Below, piece by piece: positions 7,323-14,373 of a DNA stretch of 24,000 bases (the stretch's first letter is position 1; every line of letters starts with the position of its first letter). Below the pieces are notes generated by a model, which saw only the letters and a list, made by a program, of their open reading frames with translations, searched no databases and had not been told where the DNA came from. The stretch lies in contig JAKAMF010000001.1 of the NCBI GenBank assembly GCA_021813045.1, forward strand, positions 13,539 to 37,538, given 5' to 3'. The position numbers and the translations under genes were made by a program. The DNA comes from a bacterium. Its GTDB lineage: Bacteria; Omnitrophota; Gorgyraeia; Gygaellales; Profunditerraquicolaceae.

Positions 7323-9257
7323 TTATACCTCGACTTCTTTCTTATTGTGTTCTGTCTGATATTTACTGATCACGGTGTTGGCTATTTTTGCCGGCGCTTG
7401 TTCATAGCGTAAAAACTTCATGTTAAAAACGCCTTTACCCTGCGTCATTGAGCGTAAATCCGTAGCATAAGTAAACATTTCTGACAAAGGCACTTGTGCC
7501 TTAAGAATATTTGTCCTCCCCTTTACATCCATACCCAGGGGCCTTCCCCGGCGGGCATTTAAATCACCGGAAACCTGCCCGACAAACTCTTCCGGGATAT
7601 AAACTTCTACTTCCATAATCGGCTCTAAAATTACCGGATGCGCCTCGGCTACTGCCTTACGAAAAGCCATCGCCCCGGCAATCTGAAAGGCCATATCCGA
7701 AGAATCAACATCATGGTAGGAGCCGTCATCTAAAACTACCTGCACGTCAACTATGGGGTAGCCGGCGATTACTCCTTCGACCATCGCATTACGAATGCCT
7801 TTTTCCACCGAAGGAATAAAATTACGCGGAATCGCCCCGCCAAAGATCTTGTCGACAAATTCAAACCCCTTACCGGAATCCAAAGGCTTGAGTTGAATCC
7901 AGGCATCGCCGTATTGGCCGCGGCCGCCGGATTGTTTCTTATACTTTCCCTGCACGCGCACTGACCGGGTCACGGTTTCGCGGTAAGGAATCTTGGGAGT
8001 GCCCAGATCTACTTCTACATTAAAACGTTTCTTTAAACGGCCGACCATCACTTGCAAATGCAGATCGCCTAAACCCGAAACGATTTCTTCTTTGGTTTCC
8101 GTGTCGCGGTGAACCTTTAAAGTCGGGTCTTCTAAAGTAAGCTTGGCTAGCGATTGCGAAATCTTTTCTTCGTCCTGGCGCGAACGCGGCTTAATAGACG
8201 CTGACATCATCGGTTCGGGAAAAACAAATCCCGGGAAGATCACCGGATGGGTATTTTCCGCTAAAGAATCCGCGGCATGCGTTTCTTTTAATTTGGGTAT
8301 CGCGACAATATCGCCGCAAGACGCCTCTTCAATCACTCTCTGCTCTTTGCCTTGCAAAAAATACAATTGGCCGAAACGTTCGGCTAACTTACGGCTGGCA
8401 TTATAAAAAGTAGAGCCGGAATGCAGCTTGCCGGAAAAAATCCGCACCAAGCTTAGCTGCCCGACGTAAGGATCAATAATATTCTTGAAAACAAAAGCGG
8501 AAAACGGAGCGCTGGCGCTAAAATCAACCTTCCCCTCAAGCAATGTTAAGGCCGGGCGCTGTTCCGGCGAAGCAAAATATTCCTTGATTGCCTTAAGCAG
8601 CTCATCCAGGCCCTGGTCTTTCAGGCCTGAGCCGAGGATAATCGGAAAAATTTTGGCGTTAACTACTGCCGAACGCAAGCCGGCGGCCAATTCTTCGCTT
8701 GATAAAGACCCGCTGTTTAAATATTTCTCCAGCAGCTTATCGTCGCTTTCCGCGACTAGATCCACCAGTTGATTCGTATCGCCCAACATCACTACTTTAT
8801 TAGAAAGAACTTCTTTGATTTCGCTGACAACTTTATCTATATCGGTATTTTCCGCGTCAATTTTATTAATAAAAATAATCCGCGGTAGGTTTAATTCCTG
8901 CGCCAAGGCCCAGGCCTTTTCCGTGCCTACGCCTACGCCGTTAACCGCATCAATAACAATTACCGCGTTATCCGCCGCGCGCACGCTGGAAACTGTCTCG
9001 CCGAAAAAATCAATATAACCGGGCGTATCCACGATCTGGATGCGCGTATCCGCGTAATCACAAAATAAAAAACTGGAATTAATCGAAATCTTGCGCTCGA
9101 TCTCATCCCAGCTGTAATCGCTGACCGTATTGCCCTCGAGCACCGTTCCCTTGCGCGAGGTAGCTTTACATTTAAAGAGCAAACTTTCCGCTAAGCTGGT
9201 TTTACCTGATTGAGCATGGCCCAAAAAGACAACGCTTCGTTTATTTTTCGCATCCAT
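7323..9257 (-). CDS. Elongation factor G paralogue (EF-G II-like translational GTPase)
   Basis: G1 GHAQSGKTS, G3 DTPGYIDF, G4 NKID, domain IV GSYHDVDSSDMAFQIAG, and five-domain length. The track ORF begins at a TTG at 9311. The ATG at 9257 has AAGGAG 8 nt upstream and gives 644 aa (MDAKNKRSVVFLGH...). Confidence 0.9.
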   Translation of the reverse strand: MDAKNKRSVVFLGHAQSGKTSLAESLLFKCKATSRKGTVLEGNTVSDYSWDEIERKISINSSFLFCDYADTRIQIVDTPGYIDFFGETVSSVRAADNAVIVIDAVNGVGVGTEKAWALAQELNLPRIIFINKIDAENTDIDKVVSEIKEVLSNKVVMLGDTNQLVDLVAESDDKLLEKYLNSGSLSSEELAAGLRSAVVNAKIFPIILGSGLKDQGLDELLKAIKEYFASPEQRPALTLLEGKVDFSASAPFSAFVFKNIIDPYVGQLSLVRIFSGKLHSGSTFYNASRKLAERFGQLYFLQGKEQRVIEEASCGDIVAIPKLKETHAADSLAENTHPVIFPGFVFPEPMMSASIKPRSRQDEEKISQSLAKLTLEDPTLKVHRDTETKEEIVSGLGDLHLQVMVGRLKKRFNVEVDLGTPKIPYRETVTRSVRVQGKYKKQSGGRGQYGDAWIQLKPLDSGKGFEFVDKIFGGAIPRNFIPSVEKGIRNAMVEGVIAGYPIVDVQVVLDDGSYHDVDSSDMAFQIAGAMAFRKAVAEAHPVILEPIMEVEVYIPEEFVGQVSGDLNARRGRPLGMDVKGRTNILKAQVPLSEMFTYATDLRSMTQGKGVFNMKFLRYEQAPAKIANTVISKYQTEHNKKEVEV

Positions 9258-9334
9258 CTTAAGCGCTCCTTTTTTAAAAAGGTTATTAGAAGAGGAAGGA
9301 AAATACTTCAAAGCCAGAAAGTTATGTCATTTGT

Positions 9335-9363
9335 ATTATATATTAAGGTAAGGGCAGGGTCAA
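9335..9363 (-). promoter_or_regulatory. Sigma-70-type promoter (TTGACC - 17 nt - TATAAT) for the EF-G-like/ychF-like/purH/folC/mnmE unit
   Basis: The minus strand reads TTGACC (9363-9358), then the 17-nt spacer CTGCCCTTACCTTAATA, then TATAAT (9340-9335). It sits about 80 nt upstream of the SD-supported ATG at 9257 and downstream of the kamA hairpin. Confidence 0.55.
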
Positions 9364-9392
9364 GGGGAAAACGTCTCTTTTAAGGGGAATTG

Positions 9393-9413
9393 GGGGGCAG
9401 TGTGCCTGCCCCC
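9393..9413 (-). terminator. GC-rich stem-loop just after the kamA stop (terminator-like, no U-tract)
   Basis: 8-bp stem GGGGGCAG/CUGCCCCC with a 5-nt loop, beginning 6 nt after the kamA TAA. It is followed by CAAUUCCCCUUAAAAG rather than a U run, so it may be a non-canonical terminator or an mRNA-stabilising hairpin. Confidence 0.4.
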
Positions 9414-9419
9414 TAGGCC

Positions 9420-10595
9420 TTATTCCAGGTAGGTATAGATCTTGCCTTTGTAATTGCGCAGCACGTATTTTCCTTTGGCCTGGGAAAGGATATAATTCGG
9501 GCCAACCGGAATCTTGCCCCCGCCGCCCGGGCCGTCAATCACGTAAGTCGGCACCGCGTAGCCGGAAGTGTGCCCGCGTAACTTTTCCATAATATTAATC
9601 CCCACGGCAACCGGGGTGCGGAAATGCTGTGTGCCCCTGACCGGATCGCATTGGTAAATATAATACGGCCGCACGCGGATCTGCAAAAGCTCCTGCATCA
9701 GTTTGCGCATAATGTACGGGCGATCGTTGATCCCTTTTAAAAGCACGGTCTGGCTGCCTAAAGGAATCCCCGCGTCAGCCAGCATCTCGCAGGCAATCTT
9801 ACACCGTTTGGTAATCTCTTTAGGATGATTAAAGTGGATGCTTACCCAGACCGGTGAATATTTTTTTAGCGTGTTGGCTAATTTTTCCGTGATGCGCTGC
9901 GGCAAAGTCACCGGGGCGCGCGTGCCGATGCGCAAAAATTCCACATGCGGAATAGCGCGGATCTTCTGCAGCAGATTTTCAATTTCTTCGTCTTCCATAA
10001 TCAAAGGATCGCCTCCGGAAATCAGCACATCGCGGACTTTCCGGTTCGATTTTATATAATCAATCGCCGCGTCAAAGCGGTTAGAAGAATTATCCTGATG
10101 GGCGTGCTCGCCGACTAACCTTCTTCTGGTGCAATGGCGGCAATACATGGCGCAATGATCGGTCGCCAATAATAAAACCCTATCCGGATAACGATGTACC
10201 AGATGCGGAGCCGGTGAATCGCGGTCTTCCGCGCAAGGATCGGTCATTTCGTGCGGGGCAACGGTAAATTCCGTGCCCACCGGCACGGCCTGCCGGCGAA
10301 TCGGGCAAGCCGGGTCATCCGGGTCCATCAAAGTTGACCAATAAGGAGTAATCGCCATAGACAACCGTCCGCTGGCTTTTTTCAACCCCTCTTCTTCTTC
10401 CGGGCTCAACTTAATTACCTGCGCCAATTCTTCGCGGCTGCGGATACGGTGTTTTAACTGCCAGCGCCAATCCTCCCAATCCAAAGGATTGACATCTTTA
10501 TACAAAGCTATCTGCAGGTAATCCAAGGTTCTTCTTACTCGCGGCTGCAGCTCTTGTTGCGCTTTTTGATTCTCAACCGTCAATAGATTGCTCAA
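9420..10595 (-). CDS. kamA: Lysine 2,3-aminomutase (radical SAM / PLP, KamA/AblA type)
   Basis: 391 aa. CAMYCRHCTRRR radical-SAM motif (Cys codons 10154-10131), the GPGGGGK PLP-lysine motif, and RPYYIYQCD / VIDGPGGGGK, which keep the two Asp that bind the lysine epsilon-amino group in the Clostridium enzyme. Also HRYPDRVLLL and the N-terminal WxDWRWQ. TTG start at 10595 with GGGAGGAG 8-9 nt upstream, 1 nt after the preceding stop. Confidence 0.9.
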   Translation of the reverse strand: MSNLLTVENQKAQQELQPRVRRTLDYLQIALYKDVNPLDWEDWRWQLKHRIRSREELAQVIKLSPEEEEGLKKASGRLSMAITPYWSTLMDPDDPACPIRRQAVPVGTEFTVAPHEMTDPCAEDRDSPAPHLVHRYPDRVLLLATDHCAMYCRHCTRRRLVGEHAHQDNSSNRFDAAIDYIKSNRKVRDVLISGGDPLIMEDEEIENLLQKIRAIPHVEFLRIGTRAPVTLPQRITEKLANTLKKYSPVWVSIHFNHPKEITKRCKIACEMLADAGIPLGSQTVLLKGINDRPYIMRKLMQELLQIRVRPYYIYQCDPVRGTQHFRTPVAVGINIMEKLRGHTSGYAVPTYVIDGPGGGGKIPVGPNYILSQAKGKYVLRNYKGKIYTYLE

Positions 10596-10596
10596 T

Positions 10597-11616
10597 TTAA
10601 TTCTCCTCCCTTTTGGAATTTTTTAAGAATCTATCCTTGGCGCTAATCAGAATCATATTAATCAGGTCTTCGTATTTCATCCCTGCCGCGTAAGCCATGA
10701 CCGGAAAATTCGATTCTTTCGGGTCAAGCCCGGGCAAAGGGTTAATTTCTAAAACGTAGGGAACGTTATTTCTATCCAGACGGATATCCGTACGCGAAAT
10801 GTCCGAACAGCCAACCGCCTGATGCGTGGCCAGCGCCGTATCTTTAACCAGTTTTTCTGTTGCGGCGTCGAGCCGGGCCGGACAATGAAATGAAGGCACC
10901 AGGCCCAACTCCATATTGCCCTGAAATTCTTTCATCCGCCAGCTATAAAAAAATTCTCCGCTTTTTACGCAAGTATCAAAATCGATCTCTAAAATCGGCA
11001 GGACCTGCGCCTTGCCGTTTTCAATAATCCCGACGGTAAGTTCTTTACCGCGAATAAATTCTTCCACTAACGCTTCCTGTTTATAGTCACGGATAATCTC
11101 TTTTACTTTTTTAAACAGCGCTTCTTTGGTTTCTACGACATTAGAGGCATTAATTCCTTTGGCTGAGCCCTCGCAATTCGGCTTAACGATCAAAGGAAAT
11201 TTTAATGACGGGTCCAACTCTTCGGTTCCTTTAACAAAGAGCTGAAATGCCGGCGTGGGAATGTTTTCTGCTTTCAGGATTTTTTTGGTGAGTGATTTAT
11301 TTAAAGCCAGGGCCAGAGAAAAAGTATTTGACCCGGTGTAAGGAATATCTAAATAATCTAGAATGGCGGGGATCTCTGATTCGCGGAATTTACCGGATTT
11401 GCCTTCGGCGATATTAAAAACAAAATCTACTTTATTTTTGCGGAAATAAGAAAACAGGTCGGTATTAGACGCGTTAACCCGGCAAACCTCATGCCCCTTT
11501 TTTTCTATGGCCTGGGCTATCGCACCTACGGTTTCCGCAGAATCAAATTCGGAAAAATAATCCGCGGGTTTAGTTTCGTCTTTTTCTTTTAAATTATAAG
11601 TCAGCGCTACTTTCAT
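10597..11616 (-). CDS. ATP-grasp ligase, D-alanine--D-alanine ligase family (paralogue 2), substrate unknown
   Basis: 339 aa. FPLIVKPNCEGSAKG, EEFIRGKELTV and RTDIRLD...YVLEINPLPGL (ATP-grasp Mg/ATP ligands). The ATG directly abuts the upstream stop (TAG-ATG at 11619-11614). Confidence 0.85.
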   Translation of the reverse strand: MKVALTYNLKEKDETKPADYFSEFDSAETVGAIAQAIEKKGHEVCRVNASNTDLFSYFRKNKVDFVFNIAEGKSGKFRESEIPAILDYLDIPYTGSNTFSLALALNKSLTKKILKAENIPTPAFQLFVKGTEELDPSLKFPLIVKPNCEGSAKGINASNVVETKEALFKKVKEIIRDYKQEALVEEFIRGKELTVGIIENGKAQVLPILEIDFDTCVKSGEFFYSWRMKEFQGNMELGLVPSFHCPARLDAATEKLVKDTALATHQAVGCSDISRTDIRLDRNNVPYVLEINPLPGLDPKESNFPVMAYAAGMKYEDLINMILISAKDRFLKNSKREEN

Positions 11617-12606
11617 CTAAGCTAGGTTGTGCCTTTTTAAGGCACAGGCCAATATCCTGCCGACGATCTGCTCATAGGTCAGGCCGATTTCCCGGGCCAC
11701 CAAAGGAAAAACGTCTTCGGTGGACAAAGAAGGCAGGGGATTGATCTCCAAAACATACGGCTTGCCGTTTTTGTCTACGCGAAAGTCTACCCTGCCGAAA
11801 TCGCAGCACTCTACGGCGTTATATGTCTTTAAAGCCAGCTCAGCGATTTTTTTATCTAAATCAGCCGGGATTTTTGCCGGACAGATATATTCTAATTTAT
11901 CAGAATGAATGCGGGCAAAATTATAAAATTTATCGTTCAGCTGCAACCGGCCGTCAATTTTGATTTGCACCGTAGGCAGGGCCTCCGGCGGATCATTGCC
12001 CACTACTGCCACGGTAAATTCCTGGCCGGAAATAAATTCCTCTATTAAAGCCGGTTGTTTATAAGTGTTAATCACGTGCTCGGCCTGTTTTTTTAATTGT
12101 TCGCTGTTTTCCACGCGCGAATTCTCGCTTAAGCCCTTAGAAGATCCCTCGAAGCGCGGCTTAACAATTAAAGGAAATTTTAAATGGTCGGTATCGGAAA
12201 ACGATTCAATGTTCCTTATCTCTAGAAATTTCGGAGTGGGAATATTATCGGCAATAAAAATTTTCTTGGCCATAATTTTATCCAAAGTCAGGCCGAGGGT
12301 TAAAGCATCGGCTCCCACAAAAGGAATCCCCGCCATTTCCAGGATAATCGGCACTTGTGATTCGCGGTTCCTGCCGGTAAGGCCTTCAGAAATATTAAAA
12401 ACAATGTCTACTTCCAGATTATTTATTTTTTCCAGCAAGTTAGCGACATTGCCGATTTTTTTTACTTTATACCCCTGTGATTTGATCGCGCTGGCGATCA
12501 CTCCGACGGTAGAAGGGGCATCGAATTCGGCATTAGCATCCGGCGGGTCGCCTGCCTTAAACTGGTAATCTGTCTTTAAATCGTAAGTTAACCCAACAGT
12601 TTTCAT
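11617..12606 (-). CDS. ATP-grasp ligase, D-alanine--D-alanine ligase family (paralogue 1), substrate unknown
   Basis: 329 aa. FPLIVKPRFEGSSKG, EEFISGQEFTV and GRVDFRVD...YVLEINPLPSL. Clearly paralogous to the next gene over its whole length (shared LTY.LK, EFD...TVG.IA.AI, D.VFNI.EG..G..RES.P.IL). ATG at 12606. Confidence 0.85.
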   Translation of the reverse strand: MKTVGLTYDLKTDYQFKAGDPPDANAEFDAPSTVGVIASAIKSQGYKVKKIGNVANLLEKINNLEVDIVFNISEGLTGRNRESQVPIILEMAGIPFVGADALTLGLTLDKIMAKKIFIADNIPTPKFLEIRNIESFSDTDHLKFPLIVKPRFEGSSKGLSENSRVENSEQLKKQAEHVINTYKQPALIEEFISGQEFTVAVVGNDPPEALPTVQIKIDGRLQLNDKFYNFARIHSDKLEYICPAKIPADLDKKIAELALKTYNAVECCDFGRVDFRVDKNGKPYVLEINPLPSLSTEDVFPLVAREIGLTYEQIVGRILACALKRHNLA

Positions 12607-12619
12607 TAATTTTTAAAGT

Positions 12620-12657
12620 AAATAAAAAATAAGGGCCCCTGCTAAGCTTGAGCCCTT
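12620..12657 (-). terminator. Rho-independent terminator (8-bp GC-rich stem plus U6AU3)
   Basis: Minus strand: AAGGGCUC (12657-12650), 11-nt loop, GGGGCCCUU, then AUUUUUUAUUU (to 12620). The U-G wobble is only valid on the minus strand. It lies 89 nt after the HAD stop and ends 14 nt before the ATP-grasp ATG. Confidence 0.7.
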
Positions 12658-12745
12658 CTAAAATTCTACCGATTTTCCAATTTCTGCTTTTTTCTCCCCT
12701 TAAAAAATTTGTAACTTCTTTATTTACAATATTTTTTTATCACAA

Positions 12746-13378
12746 TTACCTTTTCTTGTCAAGGATTTTAAGAAAAATTCCCTCTCCCTCTAAATCTTTT
12801 TGCAGCTGCGGTAGATTTTTAAAAACGAAGCCACGGATCTTTAATTTACGCGAAGCCTCAATCAAATCTTGGCGGTCATCCGTGTAAAATATCTCTTCCG
12901 GCTTTACCCTCAAAGCCCGGATTACGCTACGGTATAGCGCGGGATCGGGCTTTTTTGTTTTCATCCGGTAAGAAAGGAATAAATTATGGAAGGCATCAAA
13001 GACGGGAAACTTGTTTTTTAGATAATCAAAGTGCAGAATATTAATATTGGAAAGCAAATATACTTTATATTTCTTTTTTAGTTTTTTCGCTAAGGCATAG
13101 ACCCGCCGGTTTTGGCTGGTAAAAACAAATATATCATTCCAGATCGGCAGAAACTCTTTGTAGCTCAAGCGCAAGCCGAGCGCCCTCTTGACTTCTTTAA
13201 AAAAATCTGCTCCGGAAATCCTTCCTTCTTCAAAGAGCGCGGTAAGCGGCGAATCAAAGAAAAAATTATAGATTTCTTCCTGAGTTTTATCGGTATATTT
13301 CAATATTTTTTTCGCGGCAAGATTATGGTCAAAATGAATCAGGACCCTGCCGAGGTCAAAAACAATTGCCTTAATCAT
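12746..13378 (-). CDS. HAD-IA family hydrolase (YihX-like, FDLGxV motif I)
   Basis: 210 aa. Motif I IVFDLGRVLIHFD (same DLGxV form as E. coli YihX), motif II LLSN, motif III/IV K...DD (TKKPDPALY...YTDDRQDLI). Confidence 0.8.
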   Translation of the reverse strand: MIKAIVFDLGRVLIHFDHNLAAKKILKYTDKTQEEIYNFFFDSPLTALFEEGRISGADFFKEVKRALGLRLSYKEFLPIWNDIFVFTSQNRRVYALAKKLKKKYKVYLLSNINILHFDYLKNKFPVFDAFHNLFLSYRMKTKKPDPALYRSVIRALRVKPEEIFYTDDRQDLIEASRKLKIRGFVFKNLPQLQKDLEGEGIFLKILDKKR

Positions 13379-13385
13379 CTATAAT

Positions 13386-14369
13386 CTAATTATTGCTTTC
13401 TTTGTTTTTCTTAAAGAGGTCGAGGAACCTGTCTTCGTATTCTTTATAGACGTTCCATTTATCAAGCTCGGCTTTTAGTTCTGTGGCCTTTTCTAAGTTA
13501 GAACGCGATTCGCCGAAGAGCTTCTCAATCCTCTCCTTAACCGAGCCCGGGAGATTAGTCAGCTGGCTGAGCGATTTTTTAATTTTGTCGATCTCTTCTT
13601 CGCCGATCGGCCCAAGCGGAGCGCCTACTTTCAAATAATCTAAAAGTTTATTGATCTCTTCTTCCATATGGTGCGCCTGTAAAAGCAAAGTAGTAAGATT
13701 AAGTTTGATTTCTAAAATCCTCGCCAAAACAGCCAATACCGCGGCGGCGGCCTTAGGATTTTCAATTTGCACGGTATAAAGCGGGATTTCTCCTAAAAGA
13801 CAAAATCCATCCAACCCTTCTCTTTTGGCGATCCCTAAAAATAAACCATTCATCCCGCTAATCTGACCTTCCGATAAAACAGTCAGATTATGCTTCTTTA
13901 GAGAATTAATCATATCTTTACTGGTGGCGGTAAACCAAACGCTGGAATCCTGGGTGTGTTCAATCGGCTGCGGCATAGCGGCAAAGCTGATTGCAACCTT
14001 CGCCTTCATTGTTTTGGCTACAGAAAATATGCGCTGACAATAACGGTCAGCCTTAGCCAAATCCGGTTGGCTATTGCTGATAAAAATAATCAAATCGTTA
14101 ACCGGCTGCTTAACGGTTTTTCTCGCCGGGTTCTTCCAGAAATAAAAAACTCCGTGCGGTAATTCCGGAAGTCCTAAAACGCCTTCCTTGACCTGGCTAG
14201 CCGACAAATAAAAAAAATCCTCTGAGGCAACCGTGGCGAATTCTTCCGCCTTGAGTTGCTCAACCAAAAACTTGGCTGACTTAAACGCCACCTCGCCCAT
14301 CCCCGGCCAGGCAACAATAAAATACGGGTTACGTAAACTCGGCCGCTTAGTAAATTTGATCCCTTCCAT
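13386..14369 (-). CDS. PAC2-family (proteasome-assembly-chaperone-like) protein with a C-terminal coiled-coil extension
   Basis: 327 aa. The N-terminal ~230 aa resemble PAC2/PF09754-type proteins (LRNPYFIVAWPGMGEVA..., GLFLGIAKREGLDGFCLLGEIP). The last ~90 aa are charged and heptad-like. GAGGAG lies 8 nt upstream of the ATG at 14369. Family assignment is from memory of the family pattern, not from a search. Confidence 0.6.
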   Translation of the reverse strand: MEGIKFTKRPSLRNPYFIVAWPGMGEVAFKSAKFLVEQLKAEEFATVASEDFFYLSASQVKEGVLGLPELPHGVFYFWKNPARKTVKQPVNDLIIFISNSQPDLAKADRYCQRIFSVAKTMKAKVAISFAAMPQPIEHTQDSSVWFTATSKDMINSLKKHNLTVLSEGQISGMNGLFLGIAKREGLDGFCLLGEIPLYTVQIENPKAAAAVLAVLARILEIKLNLTTLLLQAHHMEEEINKLLDYLKVGAPLGPIGEEEIDKIKKSLSQLTNLPGSVKERIEKLFGESRSNLEKATELKAELDKWNVYKEYEDRFLDLFKKNKESNN

Positions 14370-14373
14370 ATTT

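Noticed and set aside
9420-10595. KamA-like gene as EpmB (EF-P beta-lysylation) or as glutamate 2,3-aminomutase.
   Set aside because: EpmB proteins are shorter and lack the long N-terminal region, and their cluster motif differs (CxxNCRYC type as I recall). No EpmA-like aaRS paralogue or efp is adjacent. Glutamate 2,3-aminomutases replace the two lysine-binding Asp residues, which are retained here (YQCD, IDGPGGGGK). This rests on remembered alignments and needs HMM confirmation.
12065-12568. 167-aa plus-strand ORF, and similar antisense ORFs at 5054-5401, 8143-8772, 16446-16787, 18670-19020, 20136-20465 and elsewhere.
   Set aside because: All lie antisense within minus-strand genes that have clear family motifs. 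They have no SD or start context and show shadow-frame composition.
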